Assembly (NCBI RefSeq): GCF_001194135.2
Contig: NC_068991.1
Span: 54,030,264-54,094,263, forward strand
Length of the DNA: 64,000 bases
Direction: 5' to 3'
Source: Octopus bimaculoides
Taxonomy: Eukaryota
Part shown: positions 25,893-39,820 of the stretch, piece by piece
Numbering within the stretch: position 1 is the first letter of the stretch
How the letters are laid out: every line of letters begins with the position of its first letter
Position numbers and translations under genes: made by a program
The notes under the pieces: generated by a model
The model's database searches: none
The model's input: the letters and a program-made list of their open reading frames with translations, nothing else
What the model was told of the DNA's origin: nothing

Positions 25893-26482
25893 TTATGTGT
25901 GTGTATAAAAACACACAGGTTGGGGGTTGGCATCAGGAAGGGCATTCAGCTACAGAAAACATGGTGGGCTTTTTCAGTTTTCATCTATGAAATCTACTCA
26001 CAAGGTTTTGGCTAGACTGGGTCACTTGTAGAATACACTTGCTGAAAGTGCCATAGTGTGACTGAACCCATAACAATGCAGTTGGGAAGTAAAATTTTTA
26101 ATCACACTGTCAGTCATCCCTACACCCATTCATTCATGTGTGTGTGTTTGTGGGGGTGTATTTAAAAAGTAAAACAAAGAAATATTAAACACATCAACAT
26201 CAGCTTGTATTGACCATTGAAGAACTTCAAATAAAATGATTAGGTACCAGAAAATACTTTGGCAAAAGCTTAAACAACAAAGTTAACTAATTTTTAGAAA
26301 TCATCATCATCATCATCATTTAATATCTGTTTTCCATGCTGGCATGGGTTGGAGGGTTTGACAGGAGCTGGCAAGCCGAAGAGCTGTACCAGGCTCCTGT
26401 TGTCTGTTTGGATATGGTTTCTATGGCAGGATGCCCTTCCTAATGCTAACTAATTTATAGAGTGTATTGAGTACTTTATGCA

Positions 26483-26752
26483 TGGCACCAGCATGGGTGC
26501 TTTATACATGACACCAGCACAGGCGCTTTATACGTGGCACCAGTGTGGGTGCTTTATATGTGACACCAGCATGGATGCTTTATATATGGCACCAGTACAT
26601 GTGCTTTATATGTGGCACCAACATGGGTGCTTCATATGTGACACCAGCACGGGTGCTTCATATGTGACACCAGCACGGGTGCTTTATATCTGGCACCAAC
26701 ACATGCTTTTTACCTGGAACCAGCATGGATGCTTTTTATGTGACACCAGCAT
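26483..26752. repeat. 26-bp minisatellite (~10 units) inside a family C element
   Basis: Unit consensus g(g/a)caccagcatgggtgctttatatgt, head-to-tail with no spacers. Confidence 0.9.
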
Positions 26753-27410
26753 TCATGAGCTTGCAAGATAAGGACCTCTCCACTGAGAGAGAGAGAGAGT
26801 GGAACTGAGAGATTAGAGTATGATAGAGGAACCTCAGTAGGACAAAGAAGGAGAGGAAGGTGGGATGGAGTTAGATGTATCTGGAAAACTTAAACTATTT
26901 CAACAGTCTATCAACAACAATCTTCCCATGAAACAACAATCTCAATAAATTCCAAAACTGAAAAAGCAACTAAAATACTTGTATTTACTCTCTGACTGAA
27001 TGACATTGACCTAGAACCACGAAAATAATCAAATACAGTCTCACATTTAACCTTTGTGTGTTTTACACTTATATTTTCTCAAGTCATTGTTATTGAAATT
27101 TTGTTGGACTCAATAATCCCTGGTGACTCTCAGATACACTGTGTGCTACTAAAAAGATGAGGTTAGGATATCTGGTGCAACGCAAGAAAAGACCCAAAGG
27201 ATCTGGAATTCTTGCTGCCTGGTCTCAGAAACATGGAACCATCTGTGGACCTCTTAGTGCTGATGTGGATCTACTGGACTGTTTTGACTTCAGCATTTAC
27301 ACAAAAAATGTGTGAGTTTGAAATAAAGTCTATTATACTTGGAAATTTTAATGTTCTCCATTTTACCAGCTTGTTCAGCCATCACACAACTTAATGATTA
27401 CTTTGGTTTA

Positions 27411-27455
<45 letters not shown>

Positions 27456-27911
27456 TTAACATTTATGTTCCATACTGGCATAAGTTGGACAGTTTCAAAG
27501 GATTCACTGGGACCAAGGACTGCTTCGATCACCAGTGTCTACTTTGACTTGGTCTTCATTGCTGGATGCCCTCCCTCATGCCAACCACTTTATAGCATAT
27601 ACTGTACTTATGTGTCCCACCAGCACTTTTGAGATCACCATGCAGTTCACAAAATTATGAATCCTGAGGGTGAAGACTCTATGCTAGAGGACAAGGGATT
27701 GAAGTTTGAGAGATGGGATGGGATGGAGGTGTGAGACAGAGCATGTTCTTGTAGGGGAGCTGCATGACTACTCACATTTAGAGAGGGAGAGAAGGATCAG
27801 TCAGAGCTGCAAAGAGATAAATATTGGCAATGGGGTGTCCAGTTGGCACATCAATAATGTTTTCCCCAGCAAGTGGGGACAGCACTTTTGCTGTTGTCCT
27901 GATAGACTTAC

Positions 27912-27972
27912 CTGGAGATTCCACAACTGTCGCTCAAACCATAATCCACTACTACTGAAACTAAATGGTCTG
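27912..27972 (-). other. Candidate exon (61 nt)
   Basis: Minus-strand acceptor ttcctcctggtacag|CAG (NAGNAG) and strong donor CCAG|gtaagt. Two frames are open, one reading DHLVSVVVDYGLSDSCGIS. Confidence 0.3.
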
Positions 27973-28411
27973 CTGTACCAGGAGGAACTATTACAAAAGA
28001 AAATTTTTGTGTTTCAAAAGAGCAAATTTATTTTATGCAACATTAGTTGACTGGTCAGCTGTCTTTGAAAAAAGATTATCTTTAAAGATATTTAGAAAAT
28101 GTGTAAACAGGTGACAGTCTTTTTGTACACCTTCATCTTAAGCAAAATCGTAAAGTAAAAAGCCAGTTGACAAAACTTGGTTTAATGTAGAAAAAGGACT
28201 TCCAGGAGAGAATTCTGCCTTTTCTATCTATTGATAGAAGAAAACTAATACTGCAGAGAACAAATCAAAATTAAGTAAAAAAATAAAGCAGAGCTACAAT
28301 CATGTAAAGAGTAAAGTGAAATGATATTATGGTGACAGACTAATACAAGATTTGATAGGATGAGCATCAACAGCTAGATGTGGAAAACTTCTCCCATGTG
28401 CTTGTCATTAA

Positions 28412-28853
28412 TCCTTTAGCATTTAACCCATTAGTGCCCATTGTCCTTTTTTTTAGGACCAGAAGGATAATCCATCATATTTCTGTAACACCTGTATTTT
28501 TCTGAGATATATTTAATTAGTCATCAAGACTGGAGTGTCTTTCAAATGTAATAATTTTTTTTATTTATTTACTATCAGATAAAGTTGTATAAAAAAAGAT
28601 TTATGGTAATAACTTAAATAAAAAAATTTGGGAACTAATGGGTTAAACTGGCTATGTCTGGCCCAAACTTTTCTACCTGTTTTATGTTCAAAGTGGTCAA
28701 ATTTGGCCTTTCACCTATACCTAACAAAGTCATTCAAAGCATAAGCAATCACATCATTGAAACCTCAAAATTACAAAGATAATGCATGATTAATTCAAAT
28801 CAATGTGGATGAATATGTATTACATTTGACAAAATAACCTGAATGCTAAAGGG
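28412..28853. mobile_element. piggyBac-like MITE (TTAA-flanked) carrying a nested second MITE
   Basis: TTAA at 28408-28411 and 28854-28857; termini (c)cctttagcatt / aatgctaaaggg. Confidence 0.85.
28427..28642. mobile_element. Inner piggyBac-like MITE
   Basis: TIRs cccattagtgccca / tgggaactaatggg, with TTAA duplicated at 28423-28426 and 28643-28646. Confidence 0.85.
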
Positions 28854-29589
28854 TTAAACATAATATAACCCTGCATACAAAATGGCAAATGGTAAAACCC
28901 AGTGATTCTTCTACTGATGTCCAACCACTATTGATCAAGCATGAATTTTCAATACAAAGGACATCATGCAGATAATGTGGTGACTGTTAAAGCCAGTGGC
29001 TTTGATCAAATTCTAAGCAGAATAATTAACTAGGTGACTAATACTTCTTTCTACTATAGGTTGATGGCTTGGAATTTCAGAGGAGGGGCCTAATTGATTA
29101 CATCAACCCCTGTGCCCAACTGGTACTTATTTTATTGACCCACAAAGGGTGAAAGAGAAAGTTAACCTCAGAATATAAGGAGCTAGAAGAAATATTGTTA
29201 AGCATTTTGTCTGATGTGCTAGTGATACCAACTCACCACCCTTCAGTAACCAATAATAATGATAAGTGAAATATAACCAGTGCATGTGTTTCTTATCAAC
29301 AAAATGACCTTCCCAAGATACAACAGAATGAGTTTCAATACTTGATTTCATATCTAGAATTTTGCAGTCCAAATTCAAAAACCAAATAACCTGACAATAT
29401 GTTCTATGGAAATAGTCAGCTTCTTGTATTGCTTATTTCACCTTTGCTTCACTTATGCTATATTTTCAAATGAATAGAAAATCTTTACTGTGGTCCTTAA
29501 ATCATTACTCAACATTATCAGCAAAATGATGGATTGGTCCATAAACAATTTCAAAACTTATTTGCTTTAAAAAAACAAAACCAACTTAC

Positions 29590-29689
29590 CTCTGGAAGAC
29601 AATTCAGTTTTCAATCAAAGCATGACCCAGCATATTTTCTCACTATTCTTTCTCATGTGTGGAGCATGTTCGTAAAGGTAGGTGAAGAG
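29590..29689 (-). other. Candidate non-coding exon (100 nt)
   Basis: Acceptor ttcttttgatgtccctag| and donor CAGAG|gtaagt. Stops occur in all three frames. Confidence 0.25.
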
Positions 29690-32380
29690 CTAGGGACATC
29701 AAAAGAACTTTTAATAGTTTACACAATTAACCCTCTGCTAAGCTTAATTTAAAAATAATGTATGGGAAACTTTTGTATATCAGTCCCACAAAGTTCAATG
29801 CTTTGGCCACTTCTGGTCTTAGTTTTCATAAACAGTCTGTTCAACCTTTGTGAAAATGAGCTGTAGCTGCATACTGTTTGTGCAGGTAAAAATAAACAAA
29901 TGAACACAGTGTGGCAGCTGCTAGATTATACAGTGAAGATGAAAGCCAGGGCACACAGTTCCAAGGTAATATTTGAATCAATAAATCTGACCCATCTTTA
30001 CGTTCTGAGTTCAAATTTTGCTGAGGTCGACTTTGCCTTTCATGCTTTTTAGAGTTGATAAAATAAGTACCAGTTGAGCACTGGGGTTGATGTAATCGAA
30101 TTCTCCACTCACTGAAATTGCTGGCCTTGTGCCAAAATGCGAAATCACTATTTGAATCATTAAAATGTCAAGCAATGGTTTTATCAAAGAAGAGAAACCC
30201 ATCTGAGCCGGCATTATGCTTTTGGGAATTGAGGGCTGCCTAATAAAATGCAGCTTGAGATCGAGGGCAAAGTCATAGATGGAAAAATGGTGTGGTCAGA
30301 AGATACCTATACCTGTACTGTCTCTATGGAACACTATGAGCTATAGGAAGCAGGTTGCATTAGGAAGTGAGAACCACCATTTGCAAATCAGAAACATTCT
30401 GTAATACATTTGTCCTTATGGAGCTACAATATATGTATGTATGTATGTATGTGTGTGTATATTAAGTCATTTGATATCTACTTTTCTGTTTGCATGGATT
30501 GGATGGAATTTTGTTGAGATGGATTTTCTATGGCTAGATGCCCTTCCTATGATCAGCCCTCACCTGCTTCCAAGTAAGATATTTCCCCATATCCAGACAT
30601 ATTTTTTGGATGATTGGGAACAAAGGACACCTCCTGTATGATGATGACACTCTTTTATGACTATCTTGTGATATCAAGGCAAGAAGACAGTAACACATCC
30701 ATACATATATACATATGCATGTATGTATGTGCATACATACGTACACACATGACAGGCTTCTTTCAGTCTTACCAAATCCACTCTCAAGACTTTGGGTAGT
30801 GCAGCACTATAGTAGAAGACACTTGTCCAAGGCACCACACTTTGGAATTGAACCCAGAACCATGTGGTTGGAAAGCAAATTTCTTACCATACAGTCGCAC
30901 TTGCATATATATATATATATATATATATATGGCTTGTGTGTTTTCTCATCTACGTTTTGTTTGCAATGTCCTGTACCCAGATATGCACCTATACATACAG
31001 GTNNNNNNNNNNNNNNNNNNNNNNNNNNNNNNNNNNNNNNNNNNNNNNNNNNNNNNNNNNNNNNNNNNNNNNNNNNNNNNNNNNNNNNNNNNNNNNNNNN
31101 NNNNNNNNNNNNNNNNNNNNNNNNNNNNNNNNNNNNNNNNNNNNNNNNNNNNNNNNNNNNNNNNNNNNNNNNNNNNNNNNNNNNNNNNNNNNNNNNNNNN
31201 NNNNNNNNNNNNNNNNNNNNNNNNNNNNNNNNNNNNNNNNNNNNNNNNNNNNNNNNNNNNNNNNNNNNNNNNNNNNNNNNNNNNNNNNNNNNNNNNNNNN
31301 NNNNNNNNNNNNNNNNNNNNNNNNNNNNNNNNNNNNNNNNNNNNNNNNNNNNNNNNNNNNNNNNNNNNNNNNNNNNNNNNNNNNNNNNNNNNNNNNNNNN
31401 NNNNNNNNNNNNNNNNNNNNNNNNNNNNNNNNNNNNNNNNNNNNNNNNNNNNNNNNNNNNNNNNNNNNNNNNNNNNNNNNNNNNNNNNNNNNNNNNNNNN
31501 NNNNNNNNNNNNNNNNNNNNNNNNNNNNNNNNNNNNNNNNNNNNNNNNNNNNNNNNNNNNNNNNNNNNNNNNNNNNNNNNNNNNNNNNNNNNNNNNNNNN
31601 NNNNNNNNNNNNNNNNNNNNNNNNNNNNNNNNNNNNNNNNNNNNNNNNNNNNNNNNNNNNNNNNNNNNNNNNNNNNNNNNNNNNNNNNNNNNNNNNNNNN
31701 NNNNNNNNNNNNNNNNNNNNNNNNNNNNNNNNNNNNNNNNNNNNNNNNNNNNNNNNNNNNNNNNNNNNNNNAAGCAAATTTCTTACCATACAGTCGCACT
31801 TGCATATATATATATATATATATATATATGGCTTGTGTGTTTTCTCATCTACGTTTTGTTTGCAATGTCCTGTACCCAGATATGCACCTATACATACAGG
31901 TGGATGTCGGTATGCACATACCTGTACGTATATATGCATATACTCATTTACTATTTGTTTATATATATATATATATATATGTATAAATCAACATACAAGA
32001 CAGCATGATGTACTAACAGTTCTCTATGAATTGCACACAAGTCACAGCCCACCATGGATCAGAGCAAAACTACCACCACGGCTTGAAACACTTTGTTTCA
32101 CAAAGGTAAAAACATGAATGTATTAAACCCAGTCTCTCAACACATGGTGCCAGCACTCATGATTTGAACAGAAGCTTTCTGCACTCACCTACCAGGATGG
32201 TGGGGTCTTGACAGTGACCAGCACAAGCCAATAGTGGTTGGTCAGGCTTCAGTATTTGTTTATTTTTCACTCCTCTATGTTACAGATGGTGATAAAACTG
32301 TGACAGCATCATCACTGGATATTAAAGCAGCTGATCTGTCATTCAAATGTAGATGTGGTATATCTAGACAAACTTATATG

Positions 32381-32431
<51 letters not shown>

Positions 32432-32659
32432 ATATGGTGTTCTTGGCATCAAGAAGGGCATCCAACCATAGAGAGACGATGCCAAACTGGACATTGGGGG
32501 CTCATCACAGCCCAGCAGCCTGCTGAATCCTGTCAAACAATCCACCCCATGCTAGCATGGAAGACAAATCTTAAATGTTGATAATATATAATCACCAGTC
32601 ATTTGCAGTGAAGCATGACTAGGTTGCAGTAAAGATTTGTTTTTTTAAGAAACTTCAAT

Positions 32660-35510
32660 GATGTTTTACCATTTTATGGAACCAAACCAAAGATGCCGAT
32701 ACAACCATTGCCACAGAATACTGTTGGCTTGCTCTTGTGTGTTCTCTCTTTCCTTCTTGTTTCATTTTAACCCTGTAATTTTAACACCTTTTGTTATTGC
32801 TGCTTTCCGATATTCTTCATGGCTGATTGCTGTCTTTTTTTCTGCAGTCACGAATCAGGTAGTCCGTTTCATTGACACATTGCTCATCATTAGGAGAACT
32901 GGATCCTCCTCATGACATTTTGGGTTCCTTCTTCCACACTTTAGCTCACTGCAGTGTTTGACCTTGGGGACCCTAGAGTCTTCCATACAATTTGAGTGTC
33001 TTATTTAACACATTTGCAGCTCCAACAAAATAAATTCAATATTTGTCATATTCAAGGCGGCGAACTGGCAGAATCATTACTGTGCTGGAAAAAATATGTA
33101 GCAGCATTTCTTCCGACTTTACATTCTGAGTTCAAGTGCCGCTGAAGGTCAACTTTGCCTTTCATCCTTTCAGGGTCAATAAAATAAGTAGCAGCTGAGT
33201 ACTGGGGTCAATGTAATTGACTTGTCCCCTCTCCCAAAATTGGTGGCTTTGTGTCAAAATTTGAAATCAGTATTTGTCATATTTGCCCACTGCATGACCA
33301 CATGGCTGGAGATGTAAATCTTTCCAAAAATTGCCTATTATAGTCGTTTTGATGTGTTGACAGTACAGTTTTTAGGCTTTGGCAGAATGCAAGATGGGTT
33401 AGCACCATTATTAAATACACTTTTGCTTTTTGTTGACCATTTTATTTCTCATTGTTTCCATAGTAACTCGTTGAAGTTGAAAGTGACAGCAGCAGACAAG
33501 GTGCTGCTAGCTACCTTCACAACCAAATTGTTACCATCAAAAAAATTATACTGCCCAAATATGTGAACTTATCCACATTCAAAAGCAGATTCACAATTAA
33601 GAGAATTAGAAGTTCTCACTTAAGCATTCCATATCCATATTTTCTATATTTCTTCAGGGGAATGAATTGCCAGAATTGAGTCATCAGTGAAGAGAAGTTA
33701 GTAGATACATGTATCATACCCGTTTTTGGTGGATTTTAACCAAGATGGGTTCAACAGCTCACCATCCCCATTTCTATGAATATACACTACACTCGTCTAC
33801 TTGCTTACCATGTTTACAAGTGCAACACCCAGAAATATCACAAATAGTGTTGGACTTAGTACATAGAACTGCTTTACATCTTGAACAGCGAGAAGGAAGG
33901 TTAAATTGTTGTTCCAAAGAGAGACTGCGACAGTCATACCATGATAATGCTGTTTGACTCTTTCCAAATTTGTCCAGACACTGATATCTATTGAACAAGG
34001 TCTGTAAGCCTGCCCCTCCTTTTCTGTCTGTAGCTTTCATAAAACTAGAACACAAAATTTGTGAGTGCATGGGTGGAATTTGCCATTCATTTAATAGATT
34101 TCTCTGAATTTTCCAACAGCATGAAAATCCAGTTATCGGTGCTCTAGGCACAGAATCTATGTTGACTTTTAGGGAGAGTTCACAGATATTTTTTTGCAGT
34201 TGTCTGAGTAGTATTTTTACCAAACTTTTCCCTGCAATCAAATGGAGGAAAATTTCTCAATTTCCACAGTTGGGTTGGTAGCTCTTCCACTTGCAAACAG
34301 TGACCCTTGTGCATCTTTGAACTGTGGTAGGAAGATGCAGCATTATCGACATTCCCTGAGTAATTAGAAAAGTCTACGATATAATTCCTTTCCCTTGCAC
34401 TTACAGACTTTCATGGGAATGTTGTCAACACCCAGAACTTTCCTCGGTCTTGTCTTGTGGTTAGCATTTTCCAGCTTCTCTTTATTTGGTGATGAATCCA
34501 AACTAATGCACAGTCTCATGTTTACTTTAAAAACTTCCCTCACAGGCATTAAAATTGTTGAGGACAAATACTTTATCAGTCGTTGGTACTGTATCCAGGT
34601 ATCTTGGTAGCAGATTGTAGAAATTTTTCTTTCTGTTCTATTGGTTTGTCATTGTTGAAAGATAAATACTTAAACAATTATACTTCAATTGCCATCAAGG
34701 ACTAATCTCACTTTTATTAGTCTATAACAACACCCGTTAGCTGACAAGTATGCTTGTGAAGGCAAACATCATCCTCATTTCCTGGACAAAAGAAGCTTTG
34801 ATTTAGCTAGCATTTCTAGCAGTGTTTAATACAGCTATATAGCTGCCTCTTGTTTGAGTCTTCCATAATTGACCCCACCCAATATTATTCTGATGTTTCA
34901 AGGATCCAATTAGTTTCTTGGTCACAGAAAAAGAGAACCTACAGGGCAAGATATCCTAGCAAGATCAACCCTTTGTTCGCTCAAAGCCTTTTCATAAGTT
35001 TGTGATAAATGTCCATACTTGTTTTCAGATTGTTTTAGTCAGCCTTTTCATACATACAGTAGAGTGTAACGTTTTGCTTTCATTTGTTACAAGTTACTCT
35101 TGTGGTTGAGAAAAATTAGGAATGTATTTCATACATGATGCATGGATGGCAGTGAAACATGTCCTGCATATCACATGCGATACACAGGACAAGCAAAGAT
35201 TTTAGATGCGTGGACAGTTTTTATTCTTTCTTTTATCTGAATATCTCCAGATCGGGTTGGATGTCATGTTACTTAGAGATTATCGATTCCTTTAAAAAAG
35301 ACTGTGGGTCATTACCATTTTCCTTCATAAATGACCAATCATCACATTTAAGTTGCCATCGTACAGATGCTTGGCTAAAATTTGCTGCCTGTACACACCA
35401 TCCATGTCTCCAATCTTGTTTCAGGTGCACCTTTTAGTTGTAAAATGATACAGACATCCTCTCCATCCTTGGACCCTTTATTCAGCACATCATCAAAGGT
35501 ATAACACCTG
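32660..35510 (-). mobile_element. Near full-length but heavily decayed RTE (BovB-like) LINE, interrupted by a family B SINE at 33054-33275
   Basis: Minus-strand remnants of the RT N-terminus (KVLGVDNIPMKVCK), the RT region and the C-terminal tail (KLYGRL, AITKGVK). The endonuclease end is inferred near 35500. Confidence 0.7.
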
Positions 35511-35537
35511 GGGGTAGTGGGGTGCTTTTATCTAATC

Positions 35538-35700
35538 CAGGGGTCGCCAAACTTTTTCGACCATCGACCCCTCTTTAGCCACTTCTCCTTCTGCATCGAT
35601 CCCCTTTAGCCACTTCTTCCGTATCGACCACCTTCCTCATTTAAAATATCTTAATATTCTACTGTACCATATCTTAAATACGTAGCAGGTATTGATGCTA
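35538..35700. mobile_element. hAT-like left end
   Basis: caggggtcgccaaactttttc terminus followed by duplicated atcga...ctttagccacttct subterminal repeats. The right end was not found. Confidence 0.45.
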
Positions 35701-36260
35701 GCAATTAAAATGTTAGCTTAAATATACATGTACGACAAATTAAGAAATTCTATTGAAGATGGCACACTATTTACATTTAAAACTATGTGTACAAGTATAC
35801 AATATTAAACTTTAAATTTTTGTGAAATTGTTTTCACAGTTAGAAAATGTGAAAAACACATCATACTGATGGAATATCTTTTATTGAAATTGACAACATC
35901 AATATGAGGGGTGAGCATGGCCCTGACTAAGTATTTCAGGCAGTTCATCTGGGTGAGCTGGTCTTTTGCATGCTGATCCTCATTTGACCCCTTAGCTATC
36001 ATCAGCCCCTTGTAATTCGTCACCGAATACTGTTGTGGTGGATTGCAACTATTTAATCAGGCCTAGCTGTGTGGTCAAGAAGCTACTTTGTAACCATGTG
36101 GTTTAGATTCAATCCCCCTATATGGCAACTTGGCCTTGGATTGACCAAAGCCCTGTGAGTAGATTTGGTAGATGGAAACTAGAAGAAGCTCATATGTGAC
36201 CACGTGTATATCGTTGGCAATTTTCTTTCTCCGTCTTCCTTTCTTTGGACTTCTTCTATA

Positions 36261-36293
36261 TTTCTGATGAAGAAATCCGCTCGAAACGTGAAA
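36261..36293 (+). ncRNA. Degenerate hammerhead ribozyme motif in a Penelope-like tail
   Basis: ttt-CTGATGA-agaaatccgctc-GAAACGTG-aaa: core intact, stems II and III damaged. Confidence 0.45.
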
Positions 36294-36400
36294 TCCTCTT
36301 TCTTTTCTTTCCTTTCTTGAGCGTCCAATAACACTGTACTTATTCCACGTCCTTGCATTGTTGTTTTTTCATGTTTTTTCTTGCTTGTTCATTTTGGATT

Positions 36401-36445
<45 letters not shown>

Positions 36446-37309
36446 GTGTGTGTTTGCCAAACTACATATTGGACAGACTGGATTATCACTAAGCAGAAGA
36501 ATGACTATATATACAGCAAATAATGAAAAAAAAACAAAAAAAAAACAGAAATTCCATTAAGTGGATAATGTGCTGAAGTGAAATGGCAGGATTTTAAAAT
36601 ATTTTCATTTTACAAATGCTCATTCAATGACTGAACAACAACGAATAAATAAAGAATTTATTATGAATTATAAACCTTACTTGAACAGTTGACAATTTCC
36701 TTGACTTATGACGTAAGAATTACTAGCACTGTAGAGCTCCATAGAAGAGGAGACAAGCACAATTTGATCACGCGAATAGCTCCTTTTTGCATGATCATTT
36801 TCATGTCAAAATACATTTTTTTCTGTGAATAATTATATATCATTTGAAAGTTCTGGATGTGAACTTTCTTCTCATATACTTTTGATCAAAATCCAACACT
36901 TACATATGCCAGGTTCCTTCAATTACCCTCGTATTTCCATCCATTCAATAAGTTTGTCCTATTTTTGATTTTGAGTGCTGAAGGTAACCCTCAATCTAGT
37001 TCAATGTGCTGGAGCACTATAACTCAATTTGTGTTGAAAATGATACTGTCATAAAGAGAACATTTTTTAAACTTTATTTTGATATAAAAATCAATGGGGC
37101 AGGTCAGATAATCATTATGAAATATTGTCGTGAAAATTTTGTTATTTTTCTATTAGAAAAGAACATATTTTCTTTAAGATTTTTATACCATAATAAAAAA
37201 AAAATCCCTCACAAATTCAATTTGGTCATTGCTGAATCTGACCATGATATGATGCAAAAGCACAAAGTCAATAAAAAGGGGACTACCACAGCTGTTCATA
37301 TAGGATTAA

Positions 37310-37530
37310 CCCTTTAGCATTTAAACCGGCTATATCCGGCCAAAAGTGTTCTGCCTGTTTTATATTCAAACTGGCCAGATCTGGTCTCCCACACCAACCC
37401 TACAATATTGTTTTAAAAATTAACAGCTACCTCATCGAAATCTCATAGCTACAAGATAATGCATGATTAGTTCAAAACAATGTGGACGAAAAAGCATTAA
37501 TTTTGGCAGAATAATGCGAACACTAAAGGG
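37310..37530. mobile_element. piggyBac-like MITE (same family as 28412)
   Basis: TTAA|ccctttagcatt ... cactaaaggg|ttcg. Confidence 0.8.
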
Positions 37531-39820
37531 TTCGTACTGATACCACTTGTCAAATGCCAGTTTGACAAGTAGTGTGTGTGTGTGTGTAAGAAATAACATT
37601 TACTGACAGGAAAATATGCTAGATGAAAAGGTGTATGATTTAAGGGAGTTTTAGCTGTTGTTTCTAGCCCATCCCNNNNNNNNNNCGTAACGGCAGACGA
37701 AATACCGCTAAACATTTCACCTGGCGTGCTAACGTGTCTGCCAGCTCACCGCCTTACTTTATTAGCATACTTTTCTGTTAGTAAATATACTTTTCCTTAC
37801 TCACACTCACACACACTTGCTTGATGTGGAGTGTATGTTTTATTTCTTTACTACCCACAAGGGGCTACACAAAGGGGACAAACAAGGACAGACAAACAGA
37901 TTAAGTCGATTATATCAACCTCAGTGCATAACTGGTACTTATTTAATCGACCCCGAAAGGATGAAAGGCAAAGTCGACCTCGGCAAAATTTGAACTCAGA
38001 ACATAGCGGCAGATGAAATACCGCTAAGCATTTCGCCCGGCGTGCTAACATTTCTGCTAGCTTGCCACCTTTTGTGGAGTGTATGTGTGTGGGGTGGGTT
38101 TAAAAATTCAAATTACAAAATTTTTTTGGTTGCTTAAATCCCAACAATGGACCACCTTTGGACTAAACAAAACCTCTGTGTTACTTCTGCATCACCAATC
38201 CATAAAATGTGTTCATGGGAAGAAAAGTATTGAAAAGCATCAATATATGTCAGAGCAACAAATAAATGAGGAAAATATCTGGTAGTAATAGGATATGCTA
38301 GAAACAACTGCTAAATCTCCTTTAAATCACATAGCTTTTTGTCTGAAAATATTTTCCCATCTTTTTTTTTATTATTATTGGAAAGGCTTCTCCCATCATT
38401 TTTAAGTGTGTAGTGCAAAAAAAATAAAAAGGCCGAAGTTGGTCCAGTGGGGATGAAGGGGAAGGGGTGTGTGAAGAAAATCATAAGGTTTCAAAATTTT
38501 TTTTCATAAAATGCTTTCCCCCCATCATTTCCAAGGCTGCAGCGAAAACAAAATTAGAAAATTCCCCATCAAAATGGAGAAAATCCAACTTATGTGAGCA
38601 TCCTGATCCATTTATAGCCATTAAAATTTTATTGAAATGGTATCATGTCCCAAAATCTCAGGATCTATTTAGATCTGTACCTACTACAAATGTGCCAAAA
38701 ACTCAAGTCCTTATGGCTTGTACTTTTTTGGATTTAGCTTGGTCTGAAAACAGTGTGAATCAACTGTTTGTTACTTGCAACAGAATAGGCTTTACATAAA
38801 TATTTAAAAAATTGCCAAAAAAAAAAAAAAATTCATTTTCAAGAATCTAAAAAAAAAAAAAGNNNNNNNNNNNNNNNNNNNNNNNNNNNNNNNNNNNNNN
38901 NNNNNNNNNNNNNNNNNNNNNNNNNNNNNNNNNNNNNNNNNNNNNNNNNNNNNNNNNNNNNNNNNNNNNNNNNNNNNNNNNNNNNNNNNNNNNNNNNNNN
39001 NNNNNNNNNNNNNNNNNNNNNNNNNNNNNNNTCAAAATTTTTTTTCATAAAATGCTTTCCCCCCATCATTTCCAAGGCTGCAGCGAAAACAAAATTAGAA
39101 AATTCCCCATCAAAATGGAGAAAATCCAACTTATGTGAGCATCCTGATCCATTTATAGCCATTAAAATTTTATTGAAATGGTATCATGTCCCAAAATCTC
39201 AGGATCTATTTAGATCTGTACCTACTACAAATGTGCCAAAAACTCAAGTCCTTATGGCTTGTACTTTTTTGGATTTAGCTTGGTCTGAAAACAGTGTGAA
39301 TCAACTGTTTGTTACTTGCAACAGAATAGGCTTTACATAAATATTTAAAAAATTGCCAAAAAAAAAAAAAAATTCATTTTCAAGAATCTAAAAAGAAAAA
39401 AAGTAGGTAACTGTTATTCCTTGGTCATTATCAATTCATGTAATTTGAAGATGGTTATCACCTGAATTTCAAAGATATGACATCTCAGATATGGCTAATT
39501 ATTCATATAGGCCTAATTAGGTAAGATTTTGACCAATTCACTGACCATTCAAATTCTCATATATCCTAAACTATTCATCCAAATTTCACAAATGAGGTAT
39601 CAAAATGTTTCTTTTTTTGATGCTCTCCAAGAAAAGCAGAAGTTAGTTTTAAATATTTTCAAAAATTAATAGTGATATCTAATGTTTAGATACTTATGCA
39701 TGGGTTTGCGCACACATATTCACATACTGTTTGGATGTATACAGTATATCATTAACCTGTGTGTGTGTATCTTTGTATATCTTATAAAGACTTCAATTTT
39801 CCCTAATAACCTACATAGAA

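Noticed and set aside
26483-26752. CRISPR-like array of palindromic units
   Set aside because: Units are head-to-tail with no unique spacers, there are no cas genes, and the context is a eukaryotic LINE UTR.
27900-27920. acttacctgg resembling the U1 snRNA 5' end
   Set aside because: No U1 stem-loops or Sm site follow; it is better explained as a minus-strand splice donor.
37006-37317. 103-aa ORF with KLYFDIKINGAGQII, reminiscent of a cyclophilin N-terminus
   Set aside because: The similarity stops after a few residues, the rest is AT-rich low-information sequence, and the ORF runs into a MITE.
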